Under the pieces are notes generated by a model. It searched no databases. It had not been told where the DNA came from and saw nothing but the letters and a program-made list of their open reading frames with translations. A stretch of 64,000 bases of DNA from assembly GCA_002104945.1 (NCBI GenBank), contig MCFH01000001.1:620001-684000 (forward strand). Direction: 5' to 3'. This DNA is from Piromyces finnis finn (Eukaryota > Fungi > Neocallimastigomycota). A program made the position numbers and the translations under genes. Shown here in pieces: positions 1 through 10,371 of the stretch; within the stretch, counting starts at the first letter, position 1, and each line of letters begins with the position of its first letter.

Positions 1-458
1 AAAATATAAATTAAATAATATTATTATTTACTATTCACTATTTATTAGTTATTAATTGGGAAAAAAAAACTTTTCTTTTTATAGAAAATGAAATTATGTC
101 ACTGGATATCATGTGTATGCACATACATTAATGTGATTTATATTAAATATATGATAATTATTTAAAGTCAGTTATTATATTCCATATTTACCCATACCCA
201 CTATTAACAATAATTACTGATGATTAATAATAAAATTCTTTTAATAATATCAATTTTTTCATTTACTTTGTTTTTTTTTTTTATGGTTTATGATTGCATG
301 ACTTTTAAATATTAATGTTAGCTTTTTCATTTTGTATATTCATTATTTCATTATCAATTATAATTGAAGAATACTTTAGAAAATGGTCGATTTTAAATCT
401 AAAAATTTAGGAAAACCTTCCTTAATACATAATGTAATATAAATGTAAACATTAGTGA

Positions 459-1403
459 TGACAATGTAATTAGGATATTCTTACTTTAAAATTTTACAAT
501 TCCATCCAATAAAAAATAAAATAAAAAATTTATCCTTTTTTTCAATTGAAGTAGATAGAGGGATAATGAGTAAAAAACTTGAAAAGGGAATATTAGCGAA
601 TACTATTAAATAGCATATTCTAGTATTCGCTAATACTCCCTTTTCAATTCTATATTTATATTTTTTGTTACTGTATTTTTATAATTGTCATAATGTCATA
701 ATGGTAGATATTCTAATTATGATAATTAATTCTTAAATCCAGTCCAGCGTTAAATAACCCTCTTTCATGAAATACTTTTAAAAAAATCTTTTTTATTATG
801 TGTTGTTAATAACGGTTAATCTTTTCATTAAACCATAAGGATTTTTTTTCATTACTCTATTAAGTATTCTTTATACATAAAATAATCATTATTACTTTAG
901 AAATTAAACATATAATATAAAAAATAAGTTATCAAATTTATCTATCCATATAAAGTTGTCTTTTTTTAAACATTTCATAAATGCAATTTGTATTAAAAAT
1001 AGCAATAAAATAATTGTATAATTGTCATTTTCCTAATCTTTTTTTTTTAATATATATACTGTAACTTTATATACTATTCTTTTAATTTTAAAAATAAAAA
1101 AGTAAAAAAAAAAAAAAAAGACATTAAAATAATGTTCATTTGGTTAATTAATATAATTCCTTTTTTTTAAAAATAGGACTAACAAATAAAAAATAAAATT
1201 GGCATTGAATATTTTAATAGTTTATAACTTTTAAAATTCATAATAGAATCATCTTGACAATATGAAATTATAATACTAAAAAGTACATATTACTTTTTTA
1301 TTTTCTAATTAATTGTCATTAATACAAGTTTAATTAGACTAATATTCAAATTAACACAGTTTAATCTTTCTTTTTTTTTTTGTTTTTTGAACATTTATTG
1401 TCA
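459..1403. promoter_or_regulatory. Cluster of six ATTGTCA/TGACAAT heptamers upstream of PFL (candidate cis-element)
   Basis: Exact copies at 459, 684, 1021, 1255, 1312 and 1397. Function is inferred only. Confidence 0.4.
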
Positions 1404-1793
1404 TAATTATATTATTCCTTCATATTTCTTTTTTTCTTTTTAATTAAAGGACTTTTTTACGAAAAGTAAAAAAAAAATTTAAACGAAATGAATATTTAAA
1501 TAGTATAATATATTATAATATATTAATAATATATTAGTCAATATAAAATTTTTGAAATTTTATTTTATAATTAAAAATTGAAAAAGTTTCTTTTTTTTTT
1601 CTATTTCTTTAGTGTAACTTTTTTTACCATTCTTTAGTATATAAATACCAAATTTTAACTTTTAAAAAAAAATATCAATAAAATAATTGAATCTTCAAAA
1701 AAAAAAAAAAAAAGAATACTTTAATTAGAATTAATTTTTTAAATAAAATTCAAACTATACCAATTTTAATTAATAAAAAACTAATTTCATAAA

Positions 1794-4217
1794 ATGGAAA
1801 GTTTAACTCAAGTTAATCATGCTATTGCCAAATCAGTTTCAGTTAATGCTGTTGCTGCTACTAAAGTTGCTGGTGTCAGAATGAATAAGTCTTCCCGTGC
1901 TATTCACACGACTCCAATGACTACTAGTGGTCTTAAGACAAATAAAAAGTCTTCCCTCCCATCTATTCAAACAAAGACCTATGCTACTCAAGCTTCAAGT
2001 ATTACTAATGATGCCGCTGCTAAAAGTGAAATTGATGTTGAAGGTTGGATTAAGAAACATTACACTCCATACGAAGGGGATGGTTCTTTCCTTGCTGGTC
2101 CAACTGAAAAAACTAAGAAACTCTTCGCCAAGGCTGAAGAATATTTAGCTAAAGAACGTGAAAATGGTGGTTTATACGATGTTGATCCACACACTCCATC
2201 TACCATCACTTCCCACAAGCCAGGTTACCTCGACAAAGATAACGAAGTTATTTATGGTTATCAAACTGATGTTCCACTTAAGAGAGCTATTAAACCATTC
2301 GGTGGTGTTAACATGGTAAAGAATGCTCTTGCTGCTGTTAACGTTCCAATGGACAAGGAAGTCGAACACATTTTCTCTGATTACCGTAAAACTCATAACA
2401 CTGCTGTCTTCGATCTTTACTCTAAGGAAATGAGATCTGGTCGTTCTAATGCTATCATGACTGGTTTACCAGATGGTTATGGTCGTGGTCGTATTATTGG
2501 TGATTACCGTCGTGTTGCCCTTTACGGTACTGACCGTCTTATCGCTCAAAAAGAAAAGGATAGAGCTGAACTCCAAAAAGGTTTAATGGATGAACCAACA
2601 ATGAAACTTATTGGAGAAGTTGCTGACCAAATTAAGGCTCTTAAACAACTTACTCAAATGGCCAAGTCCTACGGTATTGATATTTCTAAGCCAGCCAAGA
2701 ATGCTAAAGAAGCCACACAATTTGTTTACTTTGGTTACTTAGGTTCTATTAAGGAACAAGATGGTGCTGCTATGTCTCTTGGTCGTGTTGACGCCTTCCT
2801 TGATTGCTTCTTCGAAAATGATTTAAAGAACGGTGTTATCACAGAAGCTGAAGCTCAAGAAATCATTGATAATCTTATCTTAAAGTTACGTTTTGCTCGT
2901 CATTTACGTACCCCAGAGTATAATGACTTATTCGCCGGTGACCCAACCTGGGTAACTATGTCTCTTGGTGGTATGGGTAGCGATGGTCGTACTTTAGTTA
3001 CCAAAACTTCCTTCCGTGTTCTTAACACTCTTTACAACTTAGGTCCAGCTCCAGAACCAAACATTACTGTCCTATGGAATAAGGCTCTTCCAAAGAATTT
3101 CAAGGATTTCGCTACCAAGGTTTCCATTGATACCTCTTCCATTCAATACGAATCAGATGCTCTTATGTCTGCTAGATTCGGTGATGACTATGGTATTGCT
3201 TGTTGTGTCTCTGCTATGAGAATTGGTAAGGATATGCAATTCTTTGGTGCTCGTTGTAATCTTGCTAAGCTTATGCTTTACGTCCTTAATCATGGTAAGG
3301 ATGAAAGAACTGGTAAACAAGTTGGTCCAGATTTTGGTCCAGTTCCAGAAGGTCCAATTCCATTCGATTGGATGTGGGAAACTTACGATAAGGCTATGGA
3401 TTGGATTGCAAAGCTTTACGTTAACACCATGAATGTAATCCACTTCTGTCACGATCAATACTGTTACGAATCTCTCCAAATGGCCCTTCACGACACTGAT
3501 GTTCGTCGTCTTATGGCTTTCGGTGTTGCTGGTCTTTCTGTTGTTGCTGATTCTTTCTCTGCTATTAAGTATGCAAAGGTTACTCCAATTCGTGATGCTA
3601 AAACTGGCTTAACCGTTGATTTCAAAATTGAAGGTGATTTCCCAAAATTTGGTAATGATGATGATCGCGTTGACTTCTTTGCCAGAACTGTTACAGATAA
3701 GCTTATTAACAAACTTAGAAAGACGCCAACTTACCGTGGCGCCACTCACACTCTTTCTATTCTTACTATTACTTCAAATGTTGTTTACGGTAAGAAGACT
3801 GGCTCCACCCCAGATGGCCGTAAAGCTGGTCAAGCCTTTGCTCCAGGTTGTAACCCAATGCACGGTCGTGAATTCTCTGGTGCTGTTGCTTCTCTTTCTT
3901 CAGTTGCCAAGGTAAACTACGATTCTTGTATGGATGGTATCTCTAATACCTTCTCTATTGTTCCAAATACCATTGGTAAAACTTTACAAGAACGTCAAGG
4001 TAATCTTTCTGGTTTATTAGATGGTTACTTCACAAAGGGTGCTCACCATCTTAACGTTAATGTCCTCAAGCGTGAAACTCTTGAGGATGCTATGGCACAT
4101 CCAGAAAATTATCCAAATCTTACTATTCGTGTTTCTGGTTATGCTGTTAACTTTGTCAAGTTAACCCCAGCTCAACAAAAGGAAGTTATTGCTCGTACCT
4201 TCCATGAAAAGATGTAA
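1794..4217 (+). CDS. pflB: Pyruvate formate-lyase (formate acetyltransferase, glycyl-radical enzyme) with an N-terminal organelle-targeting-like extension; intronless
   Basis: 807-aa ORF. It has the catalytic Cys-Cys pair (GIACCVSAM), the glycyl-radical loop ([10 protein letters not shown]) and the conserved [22 protein letters not shown]. The first ~70 aa are Ser/Thr/Ala/Lys-rich and acid-poor. Codon bias is strong. Confidence 0.97.
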   Translation: MESLTQVNHAIAKSVSVNAVAATKVAGVRMNKSSRAIHTTPMTTSGLKTNKKSSLPSIQTKTYATQASSITNDAAAKSEIDVEGWIKKHYTPYEGDGSFLAGPTEKTKKLFAKAEEYLAKERENGGLYDVDPHTPSTITSHKPGYLDKDNEVIYGYQTDVPLKRAIKPFGGVNMVKNALAAVNVPMDKEVEHIFSDYRKTHNTAVFDLYSKEMRSGRSNAIMTGLPDGYGRGRIIGDYRRVALYGTDRLIAQKEKDRAELQKGLMDEPTMKLIGEVADQIKALKQLTQMAKSYGIDISKPAKNAKEATQFVYFGYLGSIKEQDGAAMSLGRVDAFLDCFFENDLKNGVITEAEAQEIIDNLILKLRFARHLRTPEYNDLFAGDPTWVTMSLGGMGSDGRTLVTKTSFRVLNTLYNLGPAPEPNITVLWNKALPKNFKDFATKVSIDTSSIQYESDALMSARFGDDYGIACCVSAMRIGKDMQFFGARCNLAKLMLYVLNHGKDERTGKQVGPDFGPVPEGPIPFDWMWETYDKAMDWIAKLYVNTMNVIHFCHDQYCYESLQMALHDTDVRRLMAFGVAGLSVVADSFSAIKYAKVTPIRDAKTGLTVDFKIEGDFPKFGNDDDRVDFFARTVTDKLINKLRKTPTYRGATHTLSILTITSNVVYGKKTGSTPDGRKAGQAFAPGCNPMHGREFSGAVASLSSVAKVNYDSCMDGISNTFSIVPNTIGKTLQERQGNLSGLLDGYFTKGAHHLNVNVLKRETLEDAMAHPENYPNLTIRVSGYAVNFVKLTPAQQKEVIARTFHEKM

Positions 4218-4763
4218 AAAAAAAAAAAAAAAAAAAAAAAACATACTGGAAAACCTGAAAAAAAAAAAAACTAATTTAATTTAAAAATGATAACACTAAT
4301 AATAATAATAAATTATATATTTAAAAACTATTTTATAAAATAATAAAATTAAAAAAAAAGAAAAAATTTATCTTATCTATTATTGAAAGAAAAGATAGGT
4401 TTTAAATAATGTAAATAATTTAAAAAAAAAAAAAACAATAAATAAAATATTTAAATATATATATATATATATAATATATAAAAAAAAAATTTTATTTTTT
4501 CTTTTTCTTTTTTTTTTTTTTTTTTTTAATTCTTATAATTTATTTTTTCAAATTTTTAATTTCTTTAGCATTTTAAAAAATGCACTAATGGTAGTCTCAC
4601 AAAACTACTAAACTCACTTCCATGAATTCTTAATGTTTTTTCATTCAAAGAAATACTAACATTGAACCCTAGCATGTTCGTTACAATTTTTGAAATCATT
4701 TTAAGTCCTACATTGATGAAAGATTTTTTTTTTTTTAAGACATCAAATATTTTTAAGCTTTAT

Positions 4764-4767
<4 letters not shown>

Positions 4768-4817
<50 letters not shown>

Positions 4818-7800
4818 GGCATCAAATATTTTAAACTTTATTATTAATTTAATTAAAATTATAATACATGTAATATAAAAATTAAAATAAAATAAAAATA
4901 AAAAAAAATATGTTTAAATAAACACAAATGAATAAAAATTGGGTATAATGTATTCTAGTAATTTTAATTAAAGTAAGAAAGCCACTATCATACTAAAGTA
5001 TAATAATTGTATTTGACTTCCAATGGGACACCGAGCCAAAGATCAAAATTTTATCATGGGACAAAATTATGATCTCCATTGGTTGCGCTGGCCCTCCTGG
5101 CCTGTCTTACTGTTTCTTCAGCATTGACGCTCTTGGATGTTGCTTCAAACCTTTTGAACATTGACCATTGCTGGCCAATAGCAAAAGGCATGATTTTGGT
5201 TAGAAGTTCCGCGGTTACCGTCAAGAATGGTGTTCCTTCGTTAGTACCAGATTGAATCTGACGCTTACAAAGTTCTTTCCATTCCCTTGAATTGTAATTG
5301 ATATTGTTAAAACTTCTTCCCCCAAGAAGGAATTTAAATATTTTACTGCACACACTAGAATAATCATACACATTAATATTCACCGGATTATTAGAACTAT
5401 TACTATCATTAACTAAATTACTATCTAAATTAGAATTATTATCTTCACTATTGCTATCATTACTAATATTATTATTTCTATTACTACTATTGTTATTATT
5501 ACTATTGTTACTATTACTATTGTTATTATTACTATTGTTACTATTACTATTAATATTATTACTATCTCTACTGATATTATCAATTTCATTATTATTGATA
5601 GGACTATTGGAATTACGTTTACTGAAAAAATTTAATAGCTGGACTATGGAATCATAATGTTTAATACGGATATCTCTAAATGTTGGACAATCTAATAACC
5701 AATGTTTAATACTTTGATCTCCACACTTGCAACATGGACAGTAGTTAGGACAAACTGGATCAACAAATTTGGCAGCTTTGGCAACTCTAGCATCCAACTT
5801 GTATCCGCTTCTTGCTTTCAATAGCCAGTAGAAGCCATAGGCAAACTCTGGGTACTCATAACATAATTTAATAAAATCTTTAGTATCAATAAACTTATTA
5901 TCATCATAATATTGCGCTTTGATTGAATTCCCTTTGAGATCTTTCCAATAAAAGTTTTTAACTGCTTTAACATCTCCATGTTTCTTTAGTTTTTTATCAA
6001 GTGTCCTACTTGATTTGCACCACGTGTATTTTCTAAATTTAGGAATGTAATTGACAAGGTGTGAGATAATACAATTTGAGTTTTTCCATTTGTTAAAACA
6101 TCTAACCTGAGCTAATGCACATTTGGCTGACAATGGAGGAATATTCAAATCTTTTGAGATAGAGTATAAAGATATAAACGATACAGCTTTATGAACTCCG
6201 GCAACCCATCGTATTCCTTTGTTAACATGCTTCTGTGCAATCCTAGACCTGGCTTTGTTGGATCCAAGTAATGGTGCAAAGTATGAAACTCTGCTAATCA
6301 CTTGTGAGTTAAGTACTAGCTTTTTGAAGGGAATAGGAATATTAGGATTTCTTAAGAATTTACTGACTGAGAAAAGTCCTTTCAAAACCTTGTTATTAAG
6401 AGCTTTAATAACTGGTTTAAGGGACAGATTCTTATCAAATGGAACACCAAGATAAGTATAACAATCAGTAGTTGGAATGGGTTGTCCTGCTAAGTAAAAT
6501 GTTGGATCTCTCTTGTTCTGATTTTCTATTGATTCAGGACGAATCACCATCGTTGAACATTTCTGGATACCAAATTCCATTTCATTATACAAGGCCCATT
6601 CATTAACTCTTCTAAGCATCTTTTTTAAGCATCCTCTTGTTGGAGCACAAATAACTATATCATCTGCAAAAAGTCCACCACAGCATCGAGTGTCACCTAA
6701 ACTGACTCCGAGATCTTCACACTCTTTAAATATATCATTAATAAAGAGATTAAAGAGAATAGGAGAAAGAGGGCATCCTTGACGGACTCCTTTCTTCACA
6801 TCAAAAGATTTCGAGAATTGTCCATCTAATTTGACATTAGCCTTAGATGTTAAATATAAATTTTTGATGAATTGTAAACTCTTACCTCGGATTCCTAAAC
6901 AATCTAATTTATGGAGAATATTACCGATTGGGACTGAATCGTATGCTTTCCTGAGATCTAAAAAGGCCAAATATGTCTCTTTATTATCTAATTGACGTCT
7001 ACGGCATATTTCTTGGATTGAAATGAAAAGACTGATACTTTCTTCCTTTTTTCGAAAACCAAATTGTTCAGGTCTAATGAAATTATTCTTTAGACCATAT
7101 TCTGAGATTCTAGTGGTGACAATTTTGGAAATCAACTTAATACCATTATTGATAAGTGATATACCTCGATAGTTATCACAATCTGTCAAATCTCCCTTCT
7201 TAGGAATAGAAACAATACTGGATTCATTCCATGAGTTGGGGAAGTCTCCATCCCAAATACGGTTGAATAATTTAAGAATAAAATTTAAACCATAAGCATC
7301 ATTATCTGAAGTGGTATTACCGGAAGAATTATTATCTGTAGCATTATTAGAATCATTACTTGATGGAATTAATGCTTTGTAAAATTCAATTGGAATACCA
7401 TCCGGACCTGATGCTTTATAATTCGGAGTAGAGAGGATAGCTGACTTGACTTCATCAATACTAATATCTTGGTTGATATCCCATTCATCAAGCATAGGGA
7501 GTGAAAAACGTTTATTCGTTGGTTCTTCATACCAATGCTCCAAATCAAGACTTACGCCACTTGGATCTGATGCAAGATTTTCGAAATGATCATGCCACAC
7601 ATCTAGTTGTTCTTCCGTAGCAACAACTAATTCTCCATTTTTATTTTTAATTGGTTGAGCAATAAAGAAAGAATCTTTTCCAATTTTTGCAGTTTTCTTG
7701 ATCCATTTCCAGGCCTTCTTAGGATTATGACTCTTCATATACTCACATCCTGTTTTAATCCAATGAAGATATTCTTGCTTCCTAAATTCATTACATCTTT

Positions 7801-10357
7801 TGTGGATGTAATCAATGAGCTTACGGTAGATTTTAATTCTTTTAATAAATTCATCTATATCATAAATTCTTTCTTTTTTAAATCTCTTATACAACTTCAT
7901 TTTGATTTTTTGGAGATTAAAAATTTGTTGTGAAATATGAAATGAAGACTTTATAACATTATTTGCTGAGGTAATACTGAGCTCGTCTGCAATTGAAAAA
8001 GCAGTTGAAGTAAATTCTTTGGAAAGATCATCTGTAGAAACATTAGGATCGTTGAATTTTGCTGAAAGTATTTGGAATTTATTATGACTGAGAATAGATT
8101 CCTTTTCCTCAATACATTTTAATCTATTCCATTTCAGAATTTTCTTAGGAACGTTAAAGTCATTAGAAAAATCTTCCATAGGAATAATTTTACCATTAAT
8201 AAGAAGTGGCTTATGGTCTGATACAGGATAAAAATTATTTATAAATGATCCTGAGTGAATAAGATCTTTCATCTTCGAATTGATAAGAGCATGGTCAATG
8301 TCGGAAGATTGTTCACCTCGAGTCCAAGAGATAGTAGACCCTCTAAGCGGAAGAATTTCCCAATCTCCTAATCCATTAGTTGATAACCAGTTGGATAATT
8401 TTACTTTAGACATATTAAAATCACCAACAAGAATCGATGGATGGGATGAATGAGTTTGTAACCACAAGCGAACTTCTAACTTTGCATGATCAACATAGAT
8501 GTTGTGATGACTATGAGGCATATAAACATTTCCAATCGAGCATTTGAATCTATTCCAGAGACTAAAAGTATAAATAGAAATAATATACTTTCCAGAGAAG
8601 TTTTCAAGTGAGGCTTGACACGAATTGTGAAAACCTAAATATAAACCTCTCATTCCCGGAACTGATTCGTCAGCTTTCTTGAAAAAGTGTCTATAGTTTC
8701 GCAAAGTAACACGACAAGGATAATCTGTATTCGAACCAGAACCATTACCAGTTTCTTGGAAACATAAGAATAATGGTTTGAAAATAGCTGTGAAATAGCT
8801 AATACTATCTTTCTTTTCATGATTCCACCCATTGGTGTTCCAACTAAGACAAAAAGAAAAGTTATCAGGCTTGTTGGATGAGGAAGAATCGTTGCTATTA
8901 TTATTATTATTAAAGTCATCGTTATTAATGGATGATGCATCAGAGGAATAAGTAGAACTATTACTAGATGGCTGTGAAACTGAAGAACTATCAACTATTG
9001 AACTGTTATCAGAGTTGATAGAACTATTAGAATTAATTGTTGAATGTTGAGATTGAAATTGTGTTTGCTGTAGATCTGGAATATTTTCATGATGGGAAAC
9101 TTGTTGAAGATCCTGTTGAAGATCTCGTTGAAGATCGGATTGTTGATGAGATTGTTGAACTGATTGTTGAACTGATTGTTGAAATGATTGTTGAATAGAA
9201 TGTTGATGTTTATTAGAAACTAAAATTTTACGTTTGAGAGTGGAAAAAGTGTATTTGTGATTCCTTCTACTACGAGCTGAAAAGGAAATTGAGGTAACTG
9301 AAAGTTTCTTCTTTAACATGTGTAAGATTTTAATACAATCTTTTGATGAACCATGAACCTTGACTAAGAAAAAGTGATCATTGAAAGTTTGAAAATATTT
9401 AACACTAATAACTGAATTAAATTTATCTTCTAGAATAACCTCGAGTTTTTCCCATAGCATATTTACTGACCATGATCGAATACCACGGATAAAGAAGGAG
9501 CGAATATCATCTAAGGGGATACCATAAGACCGGGTACCACGTCTGATATAATTCTTATCTTTAATATAAAGGACTGACATGATAATAAATTCTAATTAAA
9601 AAATATTGAATATAAAATAAATACTAATAAAAATTACAAATATAACGTATATGGAAAAAAATCTGTCTCTCTCTCTCTTCTTAAAAGTACTGGATAGTAC
9701 AAAAATTGTTACGATGCTTTGTTTAAAGTTTCTTATTTTTTGAATTCTAGTTGTAAATTTTCTTTAAAAATTCTAGTTTTGGTTTGTTGTTAGTAAATTC
9801 GATTCGCTTTTTGACACTAAACTTGTTTGACTTTACTTTTCATTAAATATTTAAATTGGTAAAAAATTTGAATCAAGAATGTCGACACCAGAAAGCTTGT
9901 GAATAGTATTTTTACATGATGTAGAGTGAATCAGTCTCTTACAAGAAACAATACAACAATAGCTACATGAATATAACAGTACAATGCAAATGCTAAAGTT
10001 GACTACATTGGATTCTTACAAGAGAAGAGTAGTACTACATGAATACATGAATAAAAGAAAAAATACAGCAACAAAATGTATTACTCTTCTAATTAAATAC
10101 TATACAAACTTACCTGAAAAATCAAACATTCACTTATTCATCAAATACTTAAATTTGATGAATAAAATGTTTTTTAATCGCTCAGTACCATGAGCTTAGT
10201 CCTAATAATTTTCCCTTGAAGACTAACCAAGCATCCATTGCGCAATGCTTGGATTTAATTCTTTCTACTCTCTCAGTACCATGAGCATGAGTAGACCCCC
10301 TTGAGAAATTACATTTATTAAATAAATGAAGGCACATTCCTAAGAGGGCACCAAGCA
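4768..10357 (-). mobile_element. Full-length non-LTR retrotransposon (LINE, APE-type), about 5.6 kb, with poly(A) tail and 14-bp TSD
   Basis: TAAGCTTTATTATT occurs at 4754-4767 and 10358-10371. A 49-nt T run (poly(A) on the element strand) lies at 4766-4814, abutting the left copy. Inside are a single 1508-aa APE-RT ORF, a 5' UTR of ~780 nt and a 3' UTR of ~240 nt. Confidence 0.92.
5054..9580 (-). CDS. LINE polyprotein: RRM-like N-terminus, Q/S/N linker, APE endonuclease, reverse transcriptase, C-terminal CCHC zinc finger
   Basis: APE motifs: LSWNTNG, FQETG, LVGDFN, SDIDH, SDHKP. RT motifs: ASGPDGIP, YRGISL, QFGFR, FLDLRKAYDSV, GVRQGCPLSPILFNLFI, LFADDI, YTYLG. Zinc finger: CPCCKCGDQSIKHWLLDC. 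No stops or frameshifts over 4.5 kb. Confidence 0.95.
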   Translation of the reverse strand: MSVLYIKDKNYIRRGTRSYGIPLDDIRSFFIRGIRSWSVNMLWEKLEVILEDKFNSVISVKYFQTFNDHFFLVKVHGSSKDCIKILHMLKKKLSVTSISFSARSRRNHKYTFSTLKRKILVSNKHQHSIQQSFQQSVQQSVQQSHQQSDLQRDLQQDLQQVSHHENIPDLQQTQFQSQHSTINSNSSINSDNSSIVDSSSVSQPSSNSSTYSSDASSINNDDFNNNNNSNDSSSSNKPDNFSFCLSWNTNGWNHEKKDSISYFTAIFKPLFLCFQETGNGSGSNTDYPCRVTLRNYRHFFKKADESVPGMRGLYLGFHNSCQASLENFSGKYIISIYTFSLWNRFKCSIGNVYMPHSHHNIYVDHAKLEVRLWLQTHSSHPSILVGDFNMSKVKLSNWLSTNGLGDWEILPLRGSTISWTRGEQSSDIDHALINSKMKDLIHSGSFINNFYPVSDHKPLLINGKIIPMEDFSNDFNVPKKILKWNRLKCIEEKESILSHNKFQILSAKFNDPNVSTDDLSKEFTSTAFSIADELSITSANNVIKSSFHISQQIFNLQKIKMKLYKRFKKERIYDIDEFIKRIKIYRKLIDYIHKRCNEFRKQEYLHWIKTGCEYMKSHNPKKAWKWIKKTAKIGKDSFFIAQPIKNKNGELVVATEEQLDVWHDHFENLASDPSGVSLDLEHWYEEPTNKRFSLPMLDEWDINQDISIDEVKSAILSTPNYKASGPDGIPIEFYKALIPSSNDSNNATDNNSSGNTTSDNDAYGLNFILKLFNRIWDGDFPNSWNESSIVSIPKKGDLTDCDNYRGISLINNGIKLISKIVTTRISEYGLKNNFIRPEQFGFRKKEESISLFISIQEICRRRQLDNKETYLAFLDLRKAYDSVPIGNILHKLDCLGIRGKSLQFIKNLYLTSKANVKLDGQFSKSFDVKKGVRQGCPLSPILFNLFINDIFKECEDLGVSLGDTRCCGGLFADDIVICAPTRGCLKKMLRRVNEWALYNEMEFGIQKCSTMVIRPESIENQNKRDPTFYLAGQPIPTTDCYTYLGVPFDKNLSLKPVIKALNNKVLKGLFSVSKFLRNPNIPIPFKKLVLNSQVISRVSYFAPLLGSNKARSRIAQKHVNKGIRWVAGVHKAVSFISLYSISKDLNIPPLSAKCALAQVRCFNKWKNSNCIISHLVNYIPKFRKYTWCKSSRTLDKKLKKHGDVKAVKNFYWKDLKGNSIKAQYYDDNKFIDTKDFIKLCYEYPEFAYGFYWLLKARSGYKLDARVAKAAKFVDPVCPNYCPCCKCGDQSIKHWLLDCPTFRDIRIKHYDSIVQLLNFFSKRNSNSPINNNEIDNISRDSNNINSNSNNSNNNNSNSNNSNNNNSSNRNNNISNDSNSEDNNSNLDSNLVNDSNSSNNPVNINVYDYSSVCSKIFKFLLGGRSFNNINYNSREWKELCKRQIQSGTNEGTPFLTVTAELLTKIMPFAIGQQWSMFKRFEATSKSVNAEETVRQARRASATNGDHNFVP

Positions 10358-10371
10358 TAAGCTTTATTATT

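Noticed and set aside
189-201. Rap1-like ACCCATACCCAC upstream of PFL
   Set aside because: Single occurrence 1.6 kb from the ATG, and Rap1's transcriptional role is established only in budding yeasts.
1927-3915. Short overlapping and antisense ORFs within PFL (and likewise within the LINE, CFAP54 and the orphan gene)
   Set aside because: Shadow ORFs produced by codon bias of the real reading frame.
4215-4241. Poly(A) run directly after the PFL stop, suggesting a processed retrocopy
   Set aside because: A runs of this length are everywhere in the window, including after other stop codons. I found no TSD around PFL, and a long upstream region with a motif cluster is present.
10181-10190. CTCAGTACCA as a tRNA 3' end or primer-binding site
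   Set aside because: No cloverleaf or A/B boxes nearby, I could not match it to a tRNA, and APE-type LINEs prime from target DNA.
9984-10193. 69-aa plus-strand ORF in the LINE 5' UTR
   Set aside because: Antisense, built from ACTACAT/ATGAATA micro-repeats, and has no recognisable motif.
10176-10290. Hammerhead ribozyme suggested by CTGAGCGA and CTGAGAGA...GAAA on the minus strand
   Set aside because: These do not match CUGANGA spacing, there is no stem II between the core halves, and the CUGA is sequestered in a hairpin.
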